This document shows positions 1 through 10,267 of a stretch of 64,000 nt of DNA, piece after piece. The stretch's first letter is position 1. Every line of letters begins with the position of its first letter. Below the pieces are notes generated by a model. The model was not told the origin of the DNA. It worked only from the letters and a program-made list of their open reading frames with translations, and made no database searches. The position numbers and the translations under genes were made by a program. Location of the stretch: positions 1 to 64,000 of the forward strand of contig JAKMXF010000288.1 of the NCBI GenBank assembly GCA_024704765.1, given 5' to 3'. The stretch comes from Oopsacas minuta. Lineage: Eukaryota > Animalia > Porifera.

Positions 1-186
1 CTTATTACTGACTATGATGTTCATTGTTTATGTGTGTTTTCACATGAAGGGGAATTAATACACAAGATAGGAAAGGAAGGACAAGAGAGAGGAGAGTTTT
101 TCCACCCCAGAGGAGTATGTATTAACCAGGAAGGGAGGCTTCTAGTATCATCTGATAATCCTAATCATGCTATACAGATATTCTAG
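1..186 (+). CDS. 3' end of an NHL-repeat (beta-propeller) protein; gene starts before the window
   Basis: Frame 1 reads LITDYDVHCLCVFSHEGELIHKIGKEGQERGEFFHPRGVCINQEGRLLVSSDNPNHAIQIF then TAG (184-186). This is a typical NHL repeat (G..G...GEF..P.G.....GR..V). It has 6 differences in 186 nt from the reverse complement of 5652-5837. Confidence 0.9.
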   Translation, partial: LITDYDVHCLCVFSHEGELIHKIGKEGQERGEFFHPRGVCINQEGRLLVSSDNPNHAIQIF

Positions 187-492
187 TAACTCCTTGATTT
201 CCCCTTGTAGCTATTTCTTGTGACAAGAGATTTCGCAGCATTCGTACAGCTAAATTCGATGCGACTGTTCCAAGCTACGATAATTTGTGATTAGTTGAAT
301 ATTTATTGCAGACTTTAGTTTAGGTATATGATTAGCTAGATAAACATAACCATAGTATGAAAATTGGGTAATTGCTCTTTTTGTACCTGACTTACAGGGG
401 ACTTTGCCCCTGAACCCCATTGGGATCTTACAGTACCCCCAGACCCCCCGGATCCGCCCCTGATAATCGTAGAGGCTTCCTCACAACAGATA

Positions 493-576
493 CAGGGAAA
501 CTCGTTAATACGAATACCAACGGACGGACAAATTTTGATCGCCTTATCTGGAGTTCGCATTAACGAGGTTCTATTG
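493..576. mobile_element. Tc1/mariner-pogo-type mini-MITE
   Basis: Imperfect TIRs cagggaaactcgttaatacgaa / ttcgcattaacgaggttctattg flanked by TA on both sides. Related copies or ends at 4828-4928 (TA flanks), ~33878, ~37022-37201, ~46600 and ~57313. Confidence 0.7.
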
Positions 577-1056
577 TATACTGGAGTACAAAGTACCCTG
601 AATCCGAATTTCCCATTTTCAAGTCTCTCATATGTAAATTTATTGTTGGTTTTATGAATATAAAGTGAACAAATATTTGGAATATCAAGAGAATCTTAGA
701 GAATTGTTTTTAACGACAGAGCATTAAAGAGCGCGCTTCTATTTGGACGAGCGGAACTTGGGGCAGCGCTCCATTTTGCAGTAGCGCACTCCTGAATATG
801 TAATTGCAAACAATTAATAAATTTCATTGTTATTCTGAATTAAATTCAGTTTGCTTGCTATAAAAAGTGGATGCTGTGACACTTTTTATACTTCATTTTA
901 CAGTATGTTGCAAGCTATATGCGTTTAGCCTGGGTCAAATGCGTTCGGTAAGGCTGAACACCTTTTCTATCATTTCCATTTCTCATAGGTGACTATTTCA
1001 TAACATATATATCAATTTGCAGCTAATCAGTCAACATAGGTTACTCTACTTTAAGC

Positions 1057-1257
1057 CAGGGTTTCTCAACCTCTCTCAAGCTTTGACCACACTTTTGGTA
1101 AAGCATTTTTTCTGACCAAATCAAGATTGGTAAAACTTGGTCAAGTTTGGTCAGGTTTGGTCATGAAGCTTTCAATTTGGCCAAAAATATCATATAAAAG
1201 TATCTGTGAGCACAGTGTGGTCAATTTTGGCAAAAGACCACAGGTTAAGAAACCCTG
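1057..1257. mobile_element. hAT (Charlie-like) MITE
   Basis: TIRs cagggtttctcaacc / ggttaagaaaccctg with internal ttggtca repeats. Elements with related termini at ~31758-31875, ~33277-33437 and 54656-54740. The TSD is degenerate. Confidence 0.6.
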
Positions 1258-3029
1258 CCATAGCCCATCAGTGTTTTATTAGTCAACCACATGCCTGCAA
1301 TTTTACGATTCATAATACTTAGATTCTATAGAAAAACTATGTTATAGAACGATAATATTCTCAATCAGCTTTACTCCCAGTTATTCTACTCTACTGCGGT
1401 ACATTACTGATTCCTCGACTCTCCTGTAATTTCCCTCGCTCGGCTATATCGTAAATCTTAACAGATAGAAGACTTCTAATACCTTCTTCTCGAAATTTAC
1501 TTCAAGCAGCTATACGCAAATGGAGCCAATACCCTTCATTCCTGCCCTGGATGCTCGTTACAATCACTTATTGAAACCAAAATTTAGACTATCATCAGTC
1601 TATCTGTACAGCTGTAATGTATTTCCTGGCCAGGTACTCTGTGTTCCTCTATAATATTTCGAGTTTATACAACTGTGTTATCCCTAACGTACACCTACCT
1701 TTTATATATTTTCCGAACATTTATAAGAGCTAACTCCAATCGGCTCTACACCGAAATATCGTCTATTTCGTTGTGTGACGTCAACATATTATTCGTCACC
1801 CCATTTAACTGTGTTTCCTGCTTCAATATTTGTAACCTAGTTCGAGATGTATAATATGACCACATGCTGTCTATTTACAAACAATCACTATTCCATGTCA
1901 ATACATCGTTAGACTGACTGGTGTTGATTTGTACTAATAGACAAGCTTCATCTCTCGCATACTAGTTTTCTTCGTTTGAGCATTAGTCAAACACTGCACT
2001 TTTTGCTGCTTTCCTTCCTTCACTTAGCTTACTATTTACCCTGTCGTCATTATTCCTATTTTTCGCATATAATTGCAAGAAAATCTATTTTATTGTCATG
2101 TTCATTCGTTTGTATTGATCCTAACAGCTATCAGTATTTTCTACGTGTTTGCTAGACTATCAATTTCCGCTCTATTGTAATACTAGCTTGGAAACAGCTC
2201 ATACGTATATTCACCTATTCCTTATTCTATACAGTTCCCTTTGTCGCAAACCGATTCGTTTAGGTGTGAGGACAGACTTTTATGCTAATATAGTGAGTTT
2301 TTCGAAATATAAAACAATTCAGTTACAGTCGTTTTTCGCGTCACCCTAACCCGCTATTTTTCGCACTTTAAAGAGGCTCGTGGGATCTTGATCCTCCCTC
2401 CGCGTATTACATTACGCCTACACCTTATAATGATATTCTCATAATCCATACGTACGTCTATAACACTTTGTTTGGACACATTCAAATGTCCTTACTTTAC
2501 ACCCAAACGGAGTTCAGTTATCGCTGCATATGGCCCAAGCACTTACAGTTGCTATTTTCCTTGCCAAAACTTCCGTTTACGCAAATATAAATTTAAAGAG
2601 GTAGTAGATATCACTGCACATGACCCAAAAGTTTTCGCATGTTTCAAACCAATTCATGTCCCACGCTTTCACGTAGCTACTTCGCAAATTCTAATATTCG
2701 CGACTCCATTAGTCCACCTGCATCGCACGCGTATTAGAGAGCATAATTATAGCGTAGACCCATTGGAATATTATTGCTCTTCATTTTGGCTCCCAAATTC
2801 TGCATTATACCTGCTTTGTATTCAATCGTCCCTAAATTATCCTATCCAAACCCAGTCGCAGCTACCCTACTCCTTACTATTTTCCTTTTACGCATACTCC
2901 ATAAACGCATTCAATTTACACACACTACCTATCACTACTAACCATTTACCTAATTCAACAAGAATATCTAATATTCCTAACACGTATATTCCATATAACA
3001 CAACACACCAGTAGTACAACCTTAGCTAG

Positions 3030-3914
3030 ATGGCAACACGCGTGTACGTAGGTGATCTCGGTGATAATGGCAGCCAGCAAGAACTAGAAGATACCTTCAA
3101 ACAGTTCGGCTCTCTGAAAGAAGTTTGGATAGCAAAGGATCCAAAAGGTTTTGCGTTTGTAGAATTCAATTACGCAGAAGATGCATCTACTGCTATTAAA
3201 CAGCTGGATAATACTATTGTCTGTGGTTGTAAAGTGCGTGTAGAGATGGCAAGAGACAGTCGTAGGGGACGTGGTGGTAGGGGTGGAAGAGGATTTTATC
3301 CCAGGACCTCCTATCGACAAAGCTCCCCCTATTCCTACGGGGGGCGTAGTCGTAGAGACGATCGTGGTCCTCGTGGTTCTTCCTTTCGTGACCGTGACGT
3401 AGGTTACTCAGATAGAGATTATCGTTCTGGGGGTGGGGGTGGGGGTGGTGACTATGGGAGTCGAGGGGACACTTATATCGGGTCGCGTCGTGACGTCTAC
3501 ACACCCCCACCCTCTCGCGGTGATATGCATCGTGGTCGCTCTGATTATGAGGGTCCCAGAGGTGCGGATCCCTACTATGAAACGAGTACTTACCGCTCAG
3601 GGGGTGGCAGTGGGGGTATTGGGGGATCATACGGTCGTTCAGTCGGTGCTTACGAAAACAGATCTCGCGAATATTCTCCCCCTCGCGGTGGAAGAGACGA
3701 ATACAGTTATAGCAGCGGCCCCCGTGGATATGTAGGCGCTGCTCCCAGCTTCAGAGATGAACAACATTCCAGCTACGATTACGACAGGAATTACAGTCGT
3801 AGAGATGACTATTATGGTGGTGGTGGGTCGGTTCGTAATGGGGATAGATCTCGCTACGGTCGCTCTCCTATGAGGTCTCCTAAGAGGTCATTTAGAGATC
3901 GTTCTCCATACTAA
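3030..3914 (+). CDS. SRSF3: SR splicing factor of the SRSF3/SRSF7/Rbp1 family, 294 aa, intronless CDS
   Basis: N-terminal RRM with RNP2 VYVGDL and RNP1 KGFAFVEF ending CGCKVRVEM, then RGG boxes and an R/S/D/Y/G-rich tail ending RSPMRSPKRSFRDRSPY. No CCHC zinc knuckle, so closer to SRSF3/Rbp1 than to SRSF7; exact orthology is unproven. Confidence 0.85.
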   Translation: MATRVYVGDLGDNGSQQELEDTFKQFGSLKEVWIAKDPKGFAFVEFNYAEDASTAIKQLDNTIVCGCKVRVEMARDSRRGRGGRGGRGFYPRTSYRQSSPYSYGGRSRRDDRGPRGSSFRDRDVGYSDRDYRSGGGGGGGDYGSRGDTYIGSRRDVYTPPPSRGDMHRGRSDYEGPRGADPYYETSTYRSGGGSGGIGGSYGRSVGAYENRSREYSPPRGGRDEYSYSSGPRGYVGAAPSFRDEQHSSYDYDRNYSRRDDYYGGGGSVRNGDRSRYGRSPMRSPKRSFRDRSPY

Positions 3915-4487
3915 CTAACTCATCTCTATATCTTGTTGGACTAGACTCTATAGCTCAGTAATTGTTAATTTTATTCCTTTGTTGCGTTATTTTTCTGTGT
4001 TACAATATTAGATATTACAGACCCATATCATTATAGTATTTATATTCCTTCTATAATAACCTGTTTTATTAATTGTTGGTTGGGAATTAGTCCGACACCT
4101 AGAGACCGTTGAGAGACGCTGACCCTATGGGAACGCGGAATTTGACCCAAAAAGAAATATTAGAGTAGGAAAATGAAGAAAAACCTTGGAAACACTTAGC
4201 ACCATGTAGTCTTGTTGGTTATGCCTCCGTCAAATGTCCTGTCCGAAATTACACTTCATGGAACTGGTACTTAGACAACACATAAATAACATAATTATAG
4301 CAAATTTATTTGAATATAGGCAGCCCTCACTGTTCGCGGTTTCGACTATCCGCGGATGATATTTTGTGCTTGCTTTGCACGCGACGGGCCAAGTATTTAA
4401 ACTCTTGATTTCAGCTCAATTTGTGGATAAAGCCAATAATTTCAGTCACAACTATTATCTATTATTGACTATGATTGTGTTAGTAGC

Positions 4488-4595
<108 letters not shown>

Positions 4596-5651
4596 GTCAT
4601 GAAGTCTTGGAACATAACCCCCTCGAAGACGAGGGGTTCCTGTACTACAGTCACCTCGACTTAATTGGGACAAACTCCGCTAATCTAATGAAAAATTACA
4701 AACTCAATCAATACTAAATTCCTCTACGTAGATATGAGCAAATTCTGATTGGCTAGATAAATGTATAAAATTTCTATAAAATAGTATTTAATTTCGGTAT
4801 GAGTAGGTATAATACTTTTTCTGTGTACAGTAGATTCTTGTTAATATGTACACCAGAGGACTGACAAAATTCGTACTCCTTATCCGGAGTTAGGTCTTAA
4901 CCGTGTTCGTATTAAAATGACTTTACTGTATCAATATTTATTATTAACATTTTTTCACCTAGATATAGTGTGTCCTAAGGTTGTTGGTTGAATATATACA
5001 TTTGTGAGAAACCTAAAATTTCAATTAATCACAGCGATAAATACGTCATTTTTCTGAATTTGACACAAAAATAAATTATTCAAGAAATATATATTAGAAT
5101 TCCTCACTTATAGAAGAAAATATCAATGGCGAGAGGAATAATTTTCTATAAAGTATGCCTAATTCCCAGCTTATAGAGGTTCTTTTCTATCGAATTAAAT
5201 GAAGGTGGACAAATTTTTGTCCCGCTTATAATTATAGGTTCCCCATTTATAGAGACCTCTCTTATAGAGGTTCCACTGTAACACATGGGTCTTTGTATAT
5301 TCAATCATCTAAATATTGAGATTTCGCCCCCACCCCTTGTAACCGCCACTATTAGCTGTCCTATTCCTATATTCCTACTTATAATATAAATATATTAAAT
5401 ACCTGTAGAATGAGATTGTTGAAGCTGTGTTACTAAAATAGATTTATCTGTCATACTAAGTAATGTTTATGAAATATTTGAGTTATAAAGCTAATAACAA
5501 AAAAATTAAATAATTAAACTATCAAATGACGTAATTAGCAAGAATATAGAATAAAAGAAAATAGCACTAATATTACTATTAAAGGAATAGACAATAGTAA
5601 AGATACTAAAAAGTAACAAAAAACGAGAAAAGTTCAAGGGAAATGATTAAA

Positions 5652-6898
5652 TTAGAATATCTGTATAGCATGATTAGGATTCTCAGATGATACTAGAAGC
5701 CTCCCTTCCTGGTTTATACATATTCCTCTGGGTTGGATAAACTCTCCTCTCTCTTGTCCTTCCTTTCCTATCTTGTGTATTAATTCCCCTTCATGTGAAA
5801 ACACACATAAACAATGAACATCATAGTCAGTAATAAGAATATTACCAGATTCATCCACGAATAAACGAACTGGTCCTATTACTAGTTTCCCTACTCCTTT
5901 AGTAATCATATGACGAATTGATTCGTGAGCATAATTATAAATAATCAAGCAAGGATCACTAATACACAGGACAACAACCTCAGTAGAGGTCAGCGTAACA
6001 TCTTTAGGTCCAAAAATATCAAGAATGAAAGAATTAAATGACAGATCTAAGTTCAAGCATTGAACTCTGCAATTATCGAATTCCGCAATATAAATGCTAT
6101 TCTTATCAATAGAGATATTTATGCCTGATGGACGGTCAAATTCCAATTTATTCTTTCCTTTACCACCGACAGAATGCAATAATTTCCCTCTCATAGAATA
6201 TACGTTCATACAATAGCTACGAATCAGTGTCACATATACCTTGTCCTGAGCTATACTTATGCCAGCTGGACCATTCATCTTGTGACCGAATGAGAACACA
6301 AAATCATAAGAACTATTGAATACCTGTACTCTATTCCATCCTAAATCACATATGTAGATATAGTTAGTCACAGGATCTATAGCCATACTACCAGGATAAG
6401 GAAACACACCAGTAGATGATTCGTCCTTTGTACTATGTCTCCCAAACACCTCTACAGGTTGAAACATATTCTTGTAGTCTAGTGTCTTGCTCTTCCTGAG
6501 ATTAAGTCGTAATCTACCAGTTTCTCCAAGTTTCTTCTCCAGCAACTCATCCCATTCCAAACCCACGGTTTATAGGTAAGACGAACTGTCTCGAGTTTGC
6601 TCTCCAACTCTTTAATTCTTTCATCCATGACAGCAACACTCTGATCTAGAATTTCTTTACTTTAATTCCCTTGAATTGTAGAAATTAGTTCTTTAGAGGC
6701 CATCAACTGAACCTTTTCCTCCTCTATTCCCTCTCCAGTAAAATCATTTAATAAGTCTTGTAATTCTGCTAAGAGGTCTCTCTCTCTGTCTTGCAGAACC
6801 TTGTGTGCCCTCAAGAATCTCTCGGTGATTTCTCTGCGGACTCTCTCTACCTGAGAGAGAAAACTCTCATCAAATTGAACGGTGCTAACACCAGCCAT
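5652..6898 (-). pseudogene. Coiled-coil + NHL-repeat gene (TRIM/NHL-like, no RING or B-box), disrupted
   Basis: ATG at 6898 (MAGVSTVQF...ISTIQGN), in-frame TAA at 6664-6662, then the same frame continues as helical SKEILDQSVAVMDERIKELESKLETVRLTYK. A 1-nt frameshift near 6567 joins it to the 304-codon frame (VGLEWDELLEKKLG... six NHL-like blades ...NHAIQIF, TAA at 5652). Confidence 0.8.
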
Positions 6899-8718
6899 TA
6901 TAGAAATCACGAAAATAATCTGAAAAATATTAAATATAAACTTAACGTTGAATTGGTACAAACAGTATGGTTCTGTAATAATAATTACTTTCAATGAAAT
7001 CTAATATACACTACAATATCTATAATTATCTGTCCCGACAGCTTTTCAATTTATTAAATTTGTTTAAAGTGGCACTAGTAATCGGAGGCATTATGTGTAT
7101 TTGGTTTAACATTTACAGTGCCTCCAATTCCAATCTACAAGTACCATTTTAACAAAGTTAATTAATTGACTGAGCTCTTTTTAGCTCGCTACGCTCGCAG
7201 TATATTATAAATAATATAATATTGAAACCATATACTTTTGTCCAATTTTAGAAATCTCGAAATGTACAAATTTTGCTATGTCATCATTGCTCCATTATGG
7301 TGACGTCAGATACTACACGTCACCACTTGTAAGTTTTACTCTAGCTGCTATCGTTATAGAGTTATTCGCGTTTAAAATTTTTTGTGGTTGATGACATCAC
7401 ACAAATTGTGTCCCTTGTGTCGATAGCTATTGTTCCAGAGTCTAGGCAAAGTATGCTAAGTTTGCTGAATTATTTTAATACCATCGAGTACTGTTTATAA
7501 CCTCTTACTACGATTTTGTTCCTACTATTTATATTAGCCAAAACCTAATACAATTCTTATGGGAAAAATTATAAAGTGGTAGTGTGTCAGATATAAATCT
7601 TTGCCCTCATTGCACACCACATGGTAATTATCTATGCACTCTGAAATTTCAGCCCTTAATTAATCAATGAAAGTAGTTTTGGCTATGCACCGCCTACGGT
7701 TATAGAAATAATTACGTATAATCGTGAGGCAGTGATTTCGATACTGGCTCGCTACTATAGTATAATCGGCACACTGAAATTGTGGAAAGAATACTTGCAT
7801 TCTATCAATCATACAGTAAACTTCCGTTATAATCAAGTCGGATACAACGATATTCCGCATATAACGAAGTCCTCTCATAACAACCCCTTCCAATCCGCTC
7901 AAATTAATATTTTATTACAGAAATGTCCGAATATTTCAGGTTAAATACCAAGCTGTGTTGACTATAATGATATTTAATATTATTCGCTCTCCACTGTATT
8001 CTATGTTTATCTTAAAATTATATGGGTAAGATTGCAAATAACCTGCAATTACCACTGTCTAACTTTTGAAACGACATCTCTAGGATGCTTTTGAATTTTA
8101 CATAAAAAGGTGTGGAAATAGGTTTAATCACGAAAAAGGTGTGAAATATTCACTTCAGAATAAATGTATACCCGAGGTCCAAACTCCCAAAATGTATATG
8201 TGTACCGATTTTCATGTTAACCTAACTGCTAGATCTCGCGGACGGATGGACGGACTTCGCACTTCGTCCATATCATTAGCATATCTCTCTATAGGAGCTG
8301 CACTAAAAACTATTTACTTAGCGAACTTGGAAATAAAACTTCCACTATTATTGCTGAAAAGTTACAAACAAATATGCATTTAACCTACTCTGGTTACAAC
8401 AAACTCCGCTTATAACGAAATGAAACCAAATGTCCCGAGCACTTAATTATAACGAGAGATTACTATATATCAGTTGTCGTAACCCACGAGGCCCTTCTTC
8501 ATAAAATTGTTGATTAGGAATTTGGAGGCGGACTAACGTGATGGTTGTTTCAGATTCAGTGTAACCGGATCATAGAATTTGAAATGGAAGGTAACAATTG
8601 ATTTATTACTTTAAATAAATACATTTTTTTGTGTTTTTGTTCCGTAAAACACTGAATTATTTGGTTTGCTTTTTAGTTTGACCTCCTCCCCATGATATGG
8701 AAAATTGTACATAACTAA

Positions 8719-9340
8719 GCGAACAGAGTAAAATGCTATCGAAATCTTCTAAAAATGTACAAAGGAATTGATCACTGGCGTTTGTTCGAGATTATATCCG
8801 GTGATGTAACGTGGGTACAGTATAATACAACTCTCTCTAAAAGTGCAAATAAGGCGTAGAAGGGAAGATACTCAGACCCGTCGATGATACCCAGGATAGA
8901 TGTCAGATCCTCAAAGATAATGTAATTCGTATTCTTCGATATACATGGATCAGTTTTTGGTTCCTAGAGGACAAACCTTTACTGGTAATCGAATTTCTAC
9001 GGGGACACATTTTTTGTGAAGTTAAGGAACATGTTTTAGGAGAAGACCAAAGACTGCCCGCCATATTATTGAAATGTGTAAATCAAGCCGCTCAAAGCAG
9101 AGATGGAGATGGTTGAGCTTGAATATCCACCATCCATTCCAGACCTAGCCCCCTGTGACTTCTCTCTATTTCCTAAGCTGAAGAATTACCTCTCGGGTGG
9201 TAAGTCAATAGCAGTGCAGCACTGGGGACTGCGATTTTCCAGTATCTAAAACATATCTCTGCTGAAGACTATTTATTGAGTGGTTCAAACGTCTACAACT
9301 TTGTATTGCAAATGAGTGGGAATATTTTGAAAAATAAACC
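8719..9340 (+). mobile_element. Decayed mariner transposase remnant
   Basis: Successive mariner motifs in changing frames: RVKCYRNLLKMY...RLFEIISGDVTWVQY (cf. IVTGDETW), KIM*FVFFDIHG, YPPSIPDLAPCDFSLFPKLK (cf. YSPDLAPxDF.LF..LK; 9124-9183) and EWFKRLQLCIANEWEYFEK*. Contains stops and frameshifts; no 5' TIR found. Confidence 0.85.
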
Positions 9341-9391
9341 ATTAATAATGTGTATTGTGTATATTTGAAGATTTTAGGGGATAGTGATCAG

Positions 9392-9719
9392 GGGCCTCAT
9401 TCACTAAACAACTTAAGTTTTGCTTAACTTAAAGTTAAGTAAAACTTAAGCAATTCTTAAGTAAAACTTAAGTTTTCGTTAAGTATTCTTAAATATTCAA
9501 AACTTAATAGAATACTTAAAATTTGCTTAAGTTATAAGCAAAACTTAAGTTTTGCTTGAGTTTAAGCAAATACTTAGTTTTTGCTTAAGTTTTGTTTAGT
9601 GAATACCAACTTAAGATTTGCTTAAGTTTTACTTAAGTCTTACTTAGGTTTAAGCAAATACTTAGTTTTTGCTTAAAGTTAAGCAAATCTTAAGTTAAGT
9701 TGTTTAGTGAATGAGGCCC
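9392..9719. mobile_element. Fold-back MITE with a CAG target-site duplication (PIF/Harbinger-like)
   Basis: Perfect 25-bp TIR gggcctcattcactaaacaacttaa, CAG on both flanks (9389-9391 and 9720-9722), interior made almost entirely of palindromic cttaag-core repeats. Confidence 0.9.
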
Positions 9720-9735
9720 CAGAACTTATTGAATA

Positions 9736-9949
9736 CCGTAAACTGGGTTTGCTTTAGCCCAAATATCAAAGCTCCAAAGAAACTAGATTGGATTCAGCAT
9801 TGTACTTGAAAATGACTGCCAAATTTTTAACGAATTTTCAAATATCGTAGACGATTTCGAATACAAATACAATATCTATTCGATAAGTAAGAAATTTCAA
9901 TATTTGGGCTAAAGCAAACCCAGTGGGCCAAAGTAGCCCCAGTTTACGG
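9736..9949. mobile_element. pogo/Tc1-type MITE with TA TSD
   Basis: Termini ccgtaaactggg / cccagtttacgg, subterminal inverted repeat actgggtttgctttagcccaaata, TA on both sides. A second copy lies at 37467-37689. Confidence 0.85.
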
Positions 9950-10267
9950 TACCTGTTGTAATTGCTTTTACAAGAAATCGTCTCTTTTGTCTCCTCGCAA
10001 ATTGTCTAATTAATATGAAACTGATAATCTCAAACTCATAAATTTCATTTTCGGTATTTATAGTTTTATGAAAGTATTATGTAATACTGTCTCTAATTGT
10101 GTCGAATAAGTCACACACCTTGAAAGACATTACTTCACATAGAAGGTTATACTTACATTCAAAGTACAACTTAATTATTATATAAGTTATAACGATGAGA
10201 TATTTCTATAAAAAGAACTGTTACAGTTTTTAACTAAAATCTACACAGACTGAAAGGAATCCTTAAA

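Noticed and set aside
2472-3014. 180-aa ORF as an independent protein gene
   Set aside because: TTG start, no recognisable motif, and the G-poor composition suppresses TAG/TGA, so the length is expected by chance. Kept only as a possible uORF.
3084-3735. Three ORFs overlapping the SR gene in other frames or on the other strand
   Set aside because: Shadows of a GC-rich repetitive CDS; no motifs.
8165-8312. cggacggatggacggac repeat ending ggagctgcactaaaaa, resembling a Helentron/HINE end
   Set aside because: Single copy in the window; termini cannot be defined.
9392-9719. Repeat array considered as a CRISPR
   Set aside because: No unique spacers, the repeats are palindromic MITE modules, and the context is eukaryotic with no cas genes.
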